A stretch of 64,000 bases of DNA from an uncultured Oscillospiraceae bacterium (GCA_964524815.1 CAZGFK010000001.1:19871-83870); one strand, 5' to 3'. Numbered from the stretch's first letter, positions 47,303-57,161 are shown. The notes: generated by a model not told the origin, from the sequence alone. Translations and numbers: made by a program.

Positions 47303-47952
47303 TGGATAACAGCACTGATATTATTGAGCTTCTTGATATCCTTTACGGCATGGTTACCGAGGCTTGGGGCGTTCCCCTCGGCAACGACAAATGTATAATC
47401 GAGCGCGAAAAGGCCGTTGATATCATCAACGAGATTAAGGCGAATCTTCCCAGTGCGCTTGCCGAGGCTAAGCGCCTTGTTTCCGCGCGCGATGAGTTCA
47501 TCGGCAACGCAAAGCGAGAGGCCGAGGCCATGCGCAAGAGTGCCGAGGAAAAGTCCAAGGCCATGATCGAGGAGCAGGAGATTGTCCGCGTTGCCCGTGC
47601 ACGCAGTGCGGAAATGATTAATTCCGCCGAGGCTAAGTCCAAAGAGCTCAGACGCGTAGCGGCAGAGTATGTCGACGAAATCATGAAGCAGTCCGAAGCA
47701 AGCGTAAGCGATGCCCTTAAAAAGCTTCAGACGGCGCACAATGCCTTTAATTCCATGGGCGGTGCGGCGGCTGCCGCTGCGCCCGTACAGGCAGCGGCAG
47801 AGCCTCAAGCGAGCGCAAAGCCCACGGCACAGGGAGCATCCGTTCAGCCTGCCCCCAACGCGGCAAAGCCTCAGGAAGTGCGTCGTGCCCAGCCCGCACC
47901 CGGCGCAAAGCGCCAAGGCGCGCCCATTACGAAGATTCAGCGCGAGCCTTGA
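47302..47952 (+). CDS. Coiled-coil protein with an Ala/Pro/Gln-rich tail (often annotated ATPase subunit b/H-like); function unknown
   Basis: TAATG overlap with coaD, with a GGAGG RBS 8 nt upstream. There is a charged heptad-like central region (AKREAEAMRKSAEEKSKAMIEEQE...) and a low-complexity C-terminus. Confidence 0.6.
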   Translation: MDNSTDIIELLDILYGMVTEAWGVPLGNDKCIIEREKAVDIINEIKANLPSALAEAKRLVSARDEFIGNAKREAEAMRKSAEEKSKAMIEEQEIVRVARARSAEMINSAEAKSKELRRVAAEYVDEIMKQSEASVSDALKKLQTAHNAFNSMGGAAAAAAPVQAAAEPQASAKPTAQGASVQPAPNAAKPQEVRRAQPAPGAKRQGAPITKIQREP

Positions 47953-47986
47953 CAAAGGGCAAATAAACTACATATAGTAAGTGATT

Positions 47987-48026
47987 CACCCTGACAGTGG
48001 CAGATGTTGCTGTCAGGGTGTTTTTT
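47987..48026 (+). terminator. Strong intrinsic terminator upstream of the dcw cluster
   Basis: An 11-bp stem CACCCTGACAG (47987-97) / CTGTCAGGGTG (48010-20), followed by TTTTTT. Confidence 0.85.
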
Positions 48027-48040
48027 ATAACTTCTCAAAG

Positions 48041-48080
48041 ATAAAAGCAACAAAAAGCTTCAAAAAAAGTCAAAAAAAAT
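48041..48080 (+). promoter_or_regulatory. Phased A-tracts (UP-element / curved DNA) upstream of the mraZ promoter
   Basis: CAAAAA starts at 48051, 48061 and 48071, an exact 10-bp register. A TAAAAG lies at 48042. The tracts sit immediately 5' of the -35 element. Confidence 0.5.
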
Positions 48081-48083
48081 TAC

Positions 48084-48112
48084 TTGCATTTTATGTGAAC
48101 CACCTCTATAAT
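48084..48112 (+). promoter_or_regulatory. Sigma-A promoter of the dcw cluster (Pmra)
   Basis: TTGCAT (48084-48089), a 17-nt spacer, then TATAAT (48107-48112). Confidence 0.65.
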
Positions 48113-48123
48113 AAAAGCACACA

Positions 48124-48148
48124 GTGGGTTGTTGTGGTTTAAAGTGGA
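48124..48148 (+). promoter_or_regulatory. Putative MraZ operator: three direct GTGG(G/T/A) repeats at 10-bp spacing
   Basis: GTGGG at 48124, GTGGT at 48134 and GTGGA at 48144 (the last within AAAGTGG). They lie just downstream of the -10 element and 30 nt upstream of the mraZ ATG. Confidence 0.6.
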
Positions 48149-48177
48149 GCATATCTGGGGCGAAAGGGGCAAATAAC

Positions 48178-48594
48178 ATGACCGGCGAATATCAGCATTC
48201 TTTAGATAACAAAGGGCGGCTTTTTATACCGGCGAAGCTGCGCGATGAGCTGGGGGATGTTTTTTTTATTACGCTTTCAATGGATAGATGCCTTTGCGCC
48301 TACAGCGGCGAGAATTGGCAGACCCTTTCCGATAAGGTCAGCGCCATGCCGTATACGAAGCAGCGCAAAATGCGCCCGCTTTTTGCTCACGCCGCGCGTT
48401 GTGAGCTTGATAGCCAAGGCCGCGCGCTCATTCCGCAAAACTTGCGCGATTTCGCAGGCTTAAAGCAAAAGGTGACCGTAGTCGGCTGCAATAATCACGC
48501 GGAGCTGTGGGACAGTGAGGCGTGGAGCGCCGTATTTGCCGAGGAAACTACGCCGGAGAACATCGCGGCGGTAATGGAGGAGCTGGAATTTTGA
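48178..48594 (+). CDS. mraZ: Transcriptional regulator MraZ
   Basis: MTGEYQHSLDNKGRLFIPAKLR, plus a second SpoVT-AbrB repeat LDSQGRALIPQNLR. The track start 48124 is upstream of the likely ATG 48178. Confidence 0.93.
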   Translation: MTGEYQHSLDNKGRLFIPAKLRDELGDVFFITLSMDRCLCAYSGENWQTLSDKVSAMPYTKQRKMRPLFAHAARCELDSQGRALIPQNLRDFAGLKQKVTVVGCNNHAELWDSEAWSAVFAEETTPENIAAVMEELEF

Positions 48595-49529
48595 TGAATG
48601 CGCCTAAACATATTTCGGTTTTGCTCGATGAGTGCATAGATAACCTTAATATAAAGCCGGATGGAATATATGTTGACGGCACCCTCGGCATGGGCGGGCA
48701 TTCATACGAGATTGCAAAGCGCCTGACAACGGGGCATTTAATTGGCATTGACCGCGATGAAACCGCCATAGAGCGCGCCGGAAAGCGCTTAGAGGAGTTT
48801 TCCGACCGCATTACGCTCGTTCACGGCAATTTTTCCGACACGGCTTCCATACTGGATAAGCTCCATATCCTCGCCGTTGACGGGATGTTATTTGACCTCG
48901 GCGTTTCTTCCCCGCAGTTAGACGAAGCCGAACGCGGCTTTTCATATATGAACGATGCGCCTCTTGATATGCGCATGGATAAATCAATGGGCTTGACGGC
49001 ATATGATGTTGTCAACACCTATTCTGTTGACCGCCTTAACCGTATCTTTTGGGATTACGGCGAAGAGCGTTACGCGCGCAAGATAAGCGCGGCCATTGAC
49101 GCGCACCGCGCGCAAAAGCCAATTGAAACAACACTTGAATTAGTCGATATTATTAAATCGGCGCTTCCCGCTGCCGCTCTTCGTGAAAAGCAGCACCCTG
49201 CAAAAAGATGCTTCCAGGCAATTCGTATTGCCGTTAATGATGAGCTTGGCGCGATAGCCACGCTCATGGATACAGCCCCCGATAAGCTTAAAGTCGGCGG
49301 GCGCTTATGCGTGATTAGTTTCCACTCTCTTGAGGACAGAATCGTGAAATCGGGTATTGCCGCGCGTGAAAGCGGCTGTACCTGCCCGAGGGAGGCTCCA
49401 ATATGTACTTGCGGCTTTAAAAAGACCCTCAAAAGTGTCTGCCGCAAGCCCATATTGCCGAGCGAGGATGAGCTGGACGCAAACCCCCGCTCACGCAGTG
49501 CAAAGCTTCGCGTGGCCGAGCGAGTATAG
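48594..49529 (+). CDS. rsmH: 16S rRNA (cytosine1402-N4)-methyltransferase RsmH
   Basis: TGATG overlap with mraZ. HISVLLDE, DGTLGMGGHS, DLGVSSPQLD and SFHSLEDRIVK motifs are present. Confidence 0.95.
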   Translation: MNAPKHISVLLDECIDNLNIKPDGIYVDGTLGMGGHSYEIAKRLTTGHLIGIDRDETAIERAGKRLEEFSDRITLVHGNFSDTASILDKLHILAVDGMLFDLGVSSPQLDEAERGFSYMNDAPLDMRMDKSMGLTAYDVVNTYSVDRLNRIFWDYGEERYARKISAAIDAHRAQKPIETTLELVDIIKSALPAAALREKQHPAKRCFQAIRIAVNDELGAIATLMDTAPDKLKVGGRLCVISFHSLEDRIVKSGIAARESGCTCPREAPICTCGFKKTLKSVCRKPILPSEDELDANPRSRSAKLRVAERV

Positions 49530-49533
49530 GTAG

Positions 49534-49824
49534 ATGAAAAGAGTTTCAAATACGCTTTTCGTGCTTGTGCTCTTCGCTTTTTCGGCAAGCCTTGCGGTGC
49601 TGTCGCTTTTTGCGTCAATTAAGCTTGCGGCACTGAATGATACCGCCGCGAAGCTGACAAAGAGCATTAACCAACTCACCGAAGAGAATGCAATCCTTTT
49701 GGCCGCGACAGAGAAAACCGTGAGCATGGAGGAGCTGGAACGCTACGCTCTTGATAGGCTCGGTATGTGCCGTTGTACGCCCGAGCAGATAGAAATACTT
49801 AATATAAACGATTATATAGCCTGA
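49534..49824 (+). CDS. ftsL: Cell division protein FtsL-like (septum formation initiator)
   Basis: A 96-aa protein with a single N-terminal TM helix followed by a coiled coil. It occupies the conserved slot between rsmH and the class B PBP. Confidence 0.75.
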   Translation: MKRVSNTLFVLVLFAFSASLAVLSLFASIKLAALNDTAAKLTKSINQLTEENAILLAATEKTVSMEELERYALDRLGMCRCTPEQIEILNINDYIA

Positions 49825-49885
49825 CATACTTGGATAAGCCGCGTAATATATTTAATGCAATAATACTTTTGCGCGGGAGAATGCC

Positions 49886-52207
49886 ATGTCAGACAAGAAT
49901 AAAAGTTCCGGCTGCCGATACGAACCGAGCAGGCAAATGCTGCGCCGCACTCTGTTTTTAATGGCAGTGTGCGGTGTAGGTGCATTTTCTCTGCTTTTAG
50001 CAAGGCTTTATAAATTGCAAATTATAGACCACAGCTATTATGAAGACCTCGCCATACGTCAGCAGCTTCGCGAAGCGCCCACTTCGGCCGCGCGTGGCGT
50101 TATATACGATACAAATATGAACCCCCTTGCCGTAAGCGCCTCAGTTGACAATGTGTTTTTAAGTCCGGCGGAGATAGAAATGTACGGCGAGGATAAAGAG
50201 CTAATCGCCGACAGATTATCCGAAATACTGGGGCTTGACCGATATGATATACTGGATAAGGAAAACCAAAAAGGCTCATGGTATGTAACCGTTGCGCGTA
50301 AGCTTGAAAGCGACAAGGCAGATGAAGTGCGCAGGTTTAAAACCGAGTACGGCCTACGCGGTGTGCGCTTGGAAACGGACACAAAGCGTTATTACCCGAA
50401 TTCCTCTCTAGCCTGTCATCTCATCGGCTTTGTCGGCACGGATAATTACGGCCTTGAGGGGATAGAGGCGCAGTATAATACCGCCCTTGCCGGAACAACG
50501 GGAAAAACCGTCCGCGCGACAAACGCCTACGGCACGGAGCTTTTATTTTCCCGCTTTGAAGAATACACTCCCGGCGAGGACGGCTGTGATATAATCACCA
50601 CGATAGATTCAACCATACAGTATTACGTGGAAAAGCACCTCAAACAAGCTGTTGAGGATTACGACATTCAAAACGGCGCAGGCGCGATTGCGATGGATGT
50701 TAACACCGGTGCAATTTTGGCTATGGCCTCTTTGGACGGCTATGACCTTAATAATTTCCTCGATGTCAGCGATGAAGCACGCGCGGCGATAGAAAACGCC
50801 GAGAGCGAGGAAGAAGCAAACGCGCTTTTAAAAAGCGCTCAACAGCGCCAGTGGCGCAATAAGGCGCTGTCCGATACCTATGAACCGGGTTCAACTTTCA
50901 AGATTATCACGCTTGCAATGGCGCTTGAAGAGGGCAAAGTGAGCTTGAATGACGGCTTTTACTGCCCCGGCACGGTTAGTGTGCTCGGTAGGACTAATCC
51001 CATCCGCTGTTGGAAATACGGCGGACACGGCTCACAAACGCTTACGCAGGCGGTACAGCATTCCTGCAATGTCGCTTTTGTCAACATCGGCCAACGTGTC
51101 GGCGCGGATGCCTTTTATGAATACTGCGACCGCTTCGGTTTTCTCAATCTAAGCGAAGATAGGGACGCGAACTTAACCGCAACCACAGGCATCGACCTTG
51201 CCGGAGAAAGCGGCAGCATATGGTGGAGCAGGAATACTTTCTGCTCGGAGAAAAACCTGTCCCAGCTTGCGGCGGCCTCGTTTGGCCAAACCTTTACCAT
51301 TACGCCCTTGCAGCTCATCACGGCTGTGAGTGCTTGCGTAAACGGCGGGCGGCTCATGCAGCCGTATGTTGTGCGCGGTATGATTTCCGCGGACGGCAAC
51401 ACCGCGTATGAGCACAGCGCGCAAACCGTGCGCCGGGTTATCAGCGAGGAGACGAGCGCAAAGCTCAGAGAAATCCTCGAAAAGGTAGTGGGAGACCCCG
51501 AGGACGGCACGGGGCGCAACGCCGCCGTGAGCGGCTACCGCATCGGCGGCAAAACGGGGACGAGCGAAAAAGTGAGCTTGGAAGCAAAAACCGGGCAAAA
51601 GGAGTATATAGTTTCCTTTGTCGGCTTTGCCCCGGCCAATGACCCGAAAATCGCGGTGCTTGTGTTTCTCGATACGCCGTCTGATAAATCCGGTGTATAC
51701 ATAAGCGGCGGGCAAATGGCCGCGCCCGTAGTCGGGCGCATGATGGCGGACATTCTACCCTATATGGGCGTAGAACCTGAAAAGGACGGAGAGAGCGCCG
51801 AGGCGGTTATGCCCCTTGTGCTGGATATGACCCTTGATAAGGCAGCGTCTGCGGTGCTTGATGCGGGATTAACTTACCGCACGATAGGTCAGGGGGACAC
51901 CGTGACAAATCAGCTGCCCTATTCCGGCACGAGCTTGGCCTCCGGCAGTCAGATTATACTTTACCTGGGCGCAACGCCCTCTCAAGAAGTCGAAACCGTG
52001 CCGGAGCTTAGCGGCATGACCTACGCCGAGGCGCGCGATACGCTTTCCTATTACGGGATATATATACGCACATCCAGCCCCGTCACCGATGCGGATAAAC
52101 AAACCGTCAGCGCGCAAAGCATTGAACCCGGCGCGTTAGCTACGCACGGCACGGCGATAGAAGTGAGCTTAGTTGATAATGACGAGGCTATGCTCGGAAG
52201 ATATTAA
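49886..52207 (+). CDS. Class B penicillin-binding protein with two C-terminal PASTA domains (SpoVD / PBP2B-FtsI type)
   Basis: A TM anchor and PBP dimerisation domain are followed by the transpeptidase motifs STFK, SCN (HSCN) and KTGT, then two PASTA repeats. Confidence 0.92.
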   Translation: MSDKNKSSGCRYEPSRQMLRRTLFLMAVCGVGAFSLLLARLYKLQIIDHSYYEDLAIRQQLREAPTSAARGVIYDTNMNPLAVSASVDNVFLSPAEIEMYGEDKELIADRLSEILGLDRYDILDKENQKGSWYVTVARKLESDKADEVRRFKTEYGLRGVRLETDTKRYYPNSSLACHLIGFVGTDNYGLEGIEAQYNTALAGTTGKTVRATNAYGTELLFSRFEEYTPGEDGCDIITTIDSTIQYYVEKHLKQAVEDYDIQNGAGAIAMDVNTGAILAMASLDGYDLNNFLDVSDEARAAIENAESEEEANALLKSAQQRQWRNKALSDTYEPGSTFKIITLAMALEEGKVSLNDGFYCPGTVSVLGRTNPIRCWKYGGHGSQTLTQAVQHSCNVAFVNIGQRVGADAFYEYCDRFGFLNLSEDRDANLTATTGIDLAGESGSIWWSRNTFCSEKNLSQLAAASFGQTFTITPLQLITAVSACVNGGRLMQPYVVRGMISADGNTAYEHSAQTVRRVISEETSAKLREILEKVVGDPEDGTGRNAAVSGYRIGGKTGTSEKVSLEAKTGQKEYIVSFVGFAPANDPKIAVLVFLDTPSDKSGVYISGGQMAAPVVGRMMADILPYMGVEPEKDGESAEAVMPLVLDMTLDKAASAVLDAGLTYRTIGQGDTVTNQLPYSGTSLASGSQIILYLGATPSQEVETVPELSGMTYAEARDTLSYYGIYIRTSSPVTDADKQTVSAQSIEPGALATHGTAIEVSLVDNDEAMLGRY

Positions 52208-52235
52208 TGCAATAAAACGACAACGGAGGATAGAT

Positions 52236-53693
52236 ATGAAGCTGCGTGATTTGATACAGGAGCTTGAAGTGCTTGAATGCACGGCGGATTTAGATATCGA
52301 GATTTCGGGCGTGAGCTATGATTCGCGCGTAACCGAGCCGGGCGATTTATTTGTTGCCATAAAGGGCTTTGAAAGCGATGGGCACAAATTCATTCCCAAG
52401 GCTGTGGAAAAGGGCGCGGCGGTTGTTCTCTGCGAGGATGCGCCCGATACCTGTGCGCCCTATGTCCGCATTAAGGACTGTCGCAAGGGGCTTGCCCTCG
52501 TCAGCCGCGAGTTTTTCGGCAATCCCGCATCTAAAATGACCCTCATCGGCATTACCGGCACGAGCGGCAAAACAACATCCTCTTATCTCATAAAGCACCT
52601 TTTGGAGACCAAGCTCGGCGCAAAGGTCGGCCTTATCGGCACAAACGGAAATATGATAGGGGAGGAGCATCTCCATTCCGAGCATACCACCCCCGAAAGC
52701 TACGAGCTTAACAAGCTCTTTTGCGCGATGTTAGAGGCGGGCTGCACCCATGTCGTAATGGAAGTGTCGTCTCACGCCCTTGCGCTTGAACGAGTTGCGG
52801 GGATTCATTTTGACGTGGCAGAGTATACAAATCTCTCTCAGGATCATCTTGACCTGCACGGGACGATGCAGGAATACGCCGAGGCAAAGCGGCTTTTGTT
52901 CTCTCGGTGTACAACGGGCTGCTTTAATGCGGATGATGAATATACAAAGTTTATGCTCGAGGGCGCAACGTGCAAGGCCATTACTTTCTCGGCAGAGACG
53001 GATAACGCCGATGTAACTGCAAAGGATATCCGCATGAGCGCGTCCGGCGTGCGCTTTGCGGCGGTATATAACAACGAGCTTTCTTTGACGAAGCTTGCTA
53101 TCCCCGGCATATTCTCCGTACACAATGCCCTCGGCGCAATTTCCGTGGGCTTGGCGCTTGGGATAAGCTTGGCAGACTGCTGTGATGCAATGACGACGGC
53201 AAAGGGCGTTAAAGGCCGCGTGGAGCTTGTGCCGACAGACGGGGATTATAATATAATCATTGACTATTCCCACAAGCCCGGCGCGCTTGAAACCGTATTA
53301 AAGACCCTGCGCCCCGTTACGCGCGGCAGGCTCGTTTGCCTTTTCGGCTGCGGCGGCGACAGAGACCGTTTAAAGCGGCCTATCATGGGCGCAATTGCCG
53401 CAGATAATTCCGATTTTGTGATTGTCACGAGCGATAACCCCCGCACGGAAGAGCCGATGTCAATTATAAAAGAGATTACGGCGGGCATGAAATCCAAGCG
53501 CACGCCGAAAAAAGTTATTTGCGACAGGGTAGAGGCTATACATTGGGCTATTGACAATGCCTGCCCGGGTGATGTAATATTATTAGCCGGAAAAGGACAC
53601 GAGGATTATCAGATAGTGGGGCATGAAAAGCACCACATGGATGAAAGAGAAATCGTGGCTGATTGGCTTGAAGAGAGAAAGAACCGCTCTTAA
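52236..53693 (+). CDS. murE: UDP-N-acetylmuramoyl-L-alanyl-D-glutamate--2,6-diaminopimelate ligase
   Basis: The P-loop GITGTSGKTT and the DNPR motif (TSDNPRTEEP) are present; DNPR is typical of meso-DAP-adding MurE. The likely start is ATG 52236 (MKLRDL). Confidence 0.93.
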   Translation: MKLRDLIQELEVLECTADLDIEISGVSYDSRVTEPGDLFVAIKGFESDGHKFIPKAVEKGAAVVLCEDAPDTCAPYVRIKDCRKGLALVSREFFGNPASKMTLIGITGTSGKTTSSYLIKHLLETKLGAKVGLIGTNGNMIGEEHLHSEHTTPESYELNKLFCAMLEAGCTHVVMEVSSHALALERVAGIHFDVAEYTNLSQDHLDLHGTMQEYAEAKRLLFSRCTTGCFNADDEYTKFMLEGATCKAITFSAETDNADVTAKDIRMSASGVRFAAVYNNELSLTKLAIPGIFSVHNALGAISVGLALGISLADCCDAMTTAKGVKGRVELVPTDGDYNIIIDYSHKPGALETVLKTLRPVTRGRLVCLFGCGGDRDRLKRPIMGAIAADNSDFVIVTSDNPRTEEPMSIIKEITAGMKSKRTPKKVICDRVEAIHWAIDNACPGDVILLAGKGHEDYQIVGHEKHHMDEREIVADWLEERKNRS

Positions 53694-53735
53694 TTGCCGC
53701 TTTTCCGCAATAACGACCTTGTTTGGAGTGTTATA

Positions 53736-54749
53736 ATGACGATAAAGCTTATTACCGCCTTTGTTCTTGCGTTTTTGTTTGCCTCGGCGTTCGGCAAATT
53801 CTATATTCCTTGGCTGCGCAAGCAAAAGGCAGGGCAAGAAATAAAATCCAACGGCCCTACATGGCATATGTCGAAATCCGGCACGCCTACAATGGGCGGC
53901 GTGATGTTTATAGCCGCCGTTATATTTGTGTGCCTTACTGTCGGCTTTGACGGAATGCTGCACGGCGATTATGTTCATATTTTTGTACTTCTCTTCGCCC
54001 TTGCGTTCGGTGCAATCGGCTTTTTGGACGACTGGGAAAAGCTCAAGAAAAAACAAAACCTCGGCCTTACGGCGAAGATGAAGTTTCTGCTCCAGCTTGC
54101 TGCTGCGCTGGTGTTTGTGCTTTTGATGCGCGAGCTGGGCTTTGTCACTTCGGATTTGTACATTCCGTTTTTCAATAAAACCGTGTTCGTTCCGGAATGG
54201 CTCTATTTTATATTTGCGTCCTTTGTCATCGTCGGCACGGTTAACGCCGTCAACATCACGGACGGCATTGACGGTCTTGCCGCCGGTACGAGCATACCCG
54301 TGTTCTTCTTCTTTGTTGCCGTTACGTTCCTTTGGGGCGAGAATTATTTGGAGCTTGGTATATTCGCTTCCGCTCTTGTCGGTGGGCTTTTGGGCTTTTT
54401 GATTTATAATTTCAACCCCGCCAAGTGCTTCATGGGCGATACAGGCTCTCTCTTCCTCGGCGGCGCAGTCGCGGCGCTGGCATTTGCTTACGATATGCCG
54501 CTTATCCTTGTAACCCTTGGCATTATCTATATTATTGAAACCTTGTCCGACATCATACAGGTGTCCTACTTCAAGCTTACTCACGGTAAACGTATCTTCC
54601 GCATGGCTCCTTTCCACCACCATCTTGAAATGGGCGGCTGGACGGGAAAAAAGTGGAAAGAACGCGAACTTTTTGTTCTTTTTACCGGCATATCTCTGAC
54701 CTTTGCCGTCATATCATTTATTGGGGTGTTTCAGCGTTATCCCCTCTGA
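53736..54749 (+). CDS. mraY: Phospho-N-acetylmuramoyl-pentapeptide transferase
   Basis: A GGAGTG RBS lies upstream. PTMGG, NAVNITDGIDGLA and MGDTGSLFLGG motifs are present, along with about ten TM helices. Confidence 0.95.
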   Translation: MTIKLITAFVLAFLFASAFGKFYIPWLRKQKAGQEIKSNGPTWHMSKSGTPTMGGVMFIAAVIFVCLTVGFDGMLHGDYVHIFVLLFALAFGAIGFLDDWEKLKKKQNLGLTAKMKFLLQLAAALVFVLLMRELGFVTSDLYIPFFNKTVFVPEWLYFIFASFVIVGTVNAVNITDGIDGLAAGTSIPVFFFFVAVTFLWGENYLELGIFASALVGGLLGFLIYNFNPAKCFMGDTGSLFLGGAVAALAFAYDMPLILVTLGIIYIIETLSDIIQVSYFKLTHGKRIFRMAPFHHHLEMGGWTGKKWKERELFVLFTGISLTFAVISFIGVFQRYPL

Positions 54750-54785
54750 TATGAGATTTTGACGTTAAGTCGGGGAGGTGGGAAA

Positions 54786-55943
54786 ATGCGTTATGAAAGC
54801 GCCCGCCTCGCCGACTTTTCCGCTGTTTCGGGAAAGACGCAACGACGCGGGTTTGATACGACTTTTTTTATTTTGGTTGTGGTATTGCTGACGCTCGGCG
54901 TAATTATGGTGCTCTCGTCCAGCTATGCCCGCGCTTATTATGACCCCGGCAACATCACGGGCGGCAACGCCGTTTATTATTTCATCCGTCAGCTTTTGTT
55001 TGCCCTTTTGGGTGTGTGCGCCATGCTTTTTGCCTCGCGCATCCCGATGGTCTTTTATCGGCGAACGGCGTTTTATTTTCTCGGCGCCGTGCTTATTTTA
55101 TTGCTGCTTGTACCGTTTATCGGCGTGAAAGCAAACGGCGCACGGCGCTGGCTCGGCGTGGGAGGGCTGACGGTTCAGCCCTCGGAGCTTGCCAAGCTTG
55201 CGGTGATTATCTCGTTTTCTGCGCTCATTTGCCGTATGCGCGGAAAAATGCGCTCTTTCCGCTACGGCATTTTGCCGTTCGGTGCTATATTGCTTGCGGT
55301 GGTCGGGCTTCTTATCTTAGAGCCGCACTTTTCCGCTTCGATTATTATAATTGCGATAGGCGCAGTTATGCTTTTCATCGGCGGGGGCGGCCTTGGGTGG
55401 TTTATAGCGGCGTTTTCCGTTGTCGGCACGGCGCTTGCCGTGATACTCATGTTTTTCCCCTATGCTTCAAGCCGCATCAGCACATGGCGTGACCCGTTTT
55501 CAAGCTCTTCCGATGAGGGATATCAAATCGTTCAGTCGCTTTATTCCATAGGCTCCGGCGGTCTTACCGGACTGGGGCTCGGCGGCAGCCGTCAAAAGTT
55601 TCTGTATCTTCCCGAAGAACATAATGATTTTATCTTTTCCGTTGTATGTGAGGAGCTGGGTTTTATCGGCGCAGCTCTTATCCTGGTGCTGTTTGCGCTG
55701 CTCATTTTGCGTGGGTATTGGATTGCCCTGCACATGAATGAGCGCTTCAACTTTCTTGTCTGCACGGGCATTATCACGCTCCTTGCAATACAGGTTTTCC
55801 TCAATGTCGCAGTGGTGACAAATCTTATTCCCTGCACGGGTATTTCGCTCCCGTTTTTCAGCTACGGCGGCACAGCGCTTTTAATAGAGCTTTTTGAAAT
55901 GGGTATAATCCTCGGTGCATCGCGAGATGTGCTTACGAAATAG
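54786..55943 (+). CDS. ftsW: SEDS family protein (FtsW/SpoVE/RodA)
   Basis: A GGGGAGGTG RBS lies upstream. It is polytopic and carries RWLGVGGLTVQPSELAK and LPEEHNDFIFSVVCEELG motifs. Confidence 0.9.
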   Translation: MRYESARLADFSAVSGKTQRRGFDTTFFILVVVLLTLGVIMVLSSSYARAYYDPGNITGGNAVYYFIRQLLFALLGVCAMLFASRIPMVFYRRTAFYFLGAVLILLLLVPFIGVKANGARRWLGVGGLTVQPSELAKLAVIISFSALICRMRGKMRSFRYGILPFGAILLAVVGLLILEPHFSASIIIIAIGAVMLFIGGGGLGWFIAAFSVVGTALAVILMFFPYASSRISTWRDPFSSSSDEGYQIVQSLYSIGSGGLTGLGLGGSRQKFLYLPEEHNDFIFSVVCEELGFIGAALILVLFALLILRGYWIALHMNERFNFLVCTGIITLLAIQVFLNVAVVTNLIPCTGISLPFFSYGGTALLIELFEMGIILGASRDVLTK

Positions 55944-55958
55944 AAAGGACAGATATAT

Positions 55959-57080
55959 ATGAAGTTTATCCTTACCTGCGGCGGCACAGCCGGACACATT
56001 AATCCTGCACTCGCGGTCGCCGGGCGACTGCGCGAGCTTATGCCCGACAGCGAGTTTCTTTTCATCGGCGCTGAGGGCAAAATGGAAACGGAGCTTGTTC
56101 CCCGTGAGGGCTATAAAATCGAAGCGCTTAAAATAACCAATATCAGCCGCGGCAAGAGCTTGAAAGCTGTGCGCCATAATATCGAAACGCTTCACAATGT
56201 CGCGGTGTCTACGCGCGAGGCTAAGCGCATTATGCGTGAATTTAAGCCCGATGCCGTTATAGGTACGGGTGGTTATGTGTGCTATCCCGTGCTCACAGCA
56301 GCGCATGAAGCGGGTATTCCTACCTGCATACATGAAAGCAACGCCGTTCCCGGCCTTACTACAAAGCTTCTTGCCGAGCGAGTTGACCGTGTAATGGTCG
56401 GCTTTGAGGACAGCAAAGCCGCCTATCATCACCCCGAGCGCGTTTTTGTAACGGGTACGCCCGTGCGCGGTGAATTTGCCGCTTATGATAAGGTAACGGC
56501 GAAGAAAGAACTCGGCCTTGATGAGAATACGCCCCTTGTCGTCTCCGTATGGGGGTCACTTGGTGCAGCGCACATGAACAATGTCATATCTGAGCTTATC
56601 ACGCTTTTAGATACCGAGCCTAAGTTCAAGCTTATTCATTCTGTCGGCTCAATGTACTATGAGCGCTTTATGAAAAAACTCAACGAAACCGCGCCTGATT
56701 ATCTTCAGCGCGGTGTGGATGTGCGCAAGTATATCTACGATATGCCGCGCGTTATGGCGGCGGCGGATGTAATCATGTGCCGCGCTGGTGCGTCTACGCT
56801 TTCGGAGCTTGCGTATATGGGCAAGCCTGTTATAATCGTACCCTCGCCGAATGTAACAAACAATCATCAGGAGAAGAATGCGCGCCTGCTTGAAAAGGCG
56901 GGCGGGGCAAAGGTGCTTTTAGAGGGCGAATTTGACGCAGCCTCTCTATTGGCGCAGCTCAACGAGCTTTTGGGCAACGAAGATGAGCTTGTCGCAATGA
57001 GTGCGGCAATGCGCTCGCTCGCCGTGCCCGATGCAACGGATAAAATAGTAGATATCATCTTGGAGCTTGTAAAAAAATAA
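55959..57080 (+). CDS. murG: UDP-N-acetylglucosamine--N-acetylmuramyl-(pentapeptide) pyrophosphoryl-undecaprenol GlcNAc transferase
   Basis: CGGTAGHINPALAV and the C-terminal GASTLSELAYMGKPVIIVP...QEKNA. Confidence 0.95.
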   Translation: MKFILTCGGTAGHINPALAVAGRLRELMPDSEFLFIGAEGKMETELVPREGYKIEALKITNISRGKSLKAVRHNIETLHNVAVSTREAKRIMREFKPDAVIGTGGYVCYPVLTAAHEAGIPTCIHESNAVPGLTTKLLAERVDRVMVGFEDSKAAYHHPERVFVTGTPVRGEFAAYDKVTAKKELGLDENTPLVVSVWGSLGAAHMNNVISELITLLDTEPKFKLIHSVGSMYYERFMKKLNETAPDYLQRGVDVRKYIYDMPRVMAAADVIMCRAGASTLSELAYMGKPVIIVPSPNVTNNHQEKNARLLEKAGGAKVLLEGEFDAASLLAQLNELLGNEDELVAMSAAMRSLAVPDATDKIVDIILELVKK

Positions 57081-57161
57081 GATAACCAAAGTCTCCCCGT
57101 GAGCATAATATAAGTGTGATTTGTCGCAGAGTGTGGATTGATAAGCACGGGGAGGTTCGGT

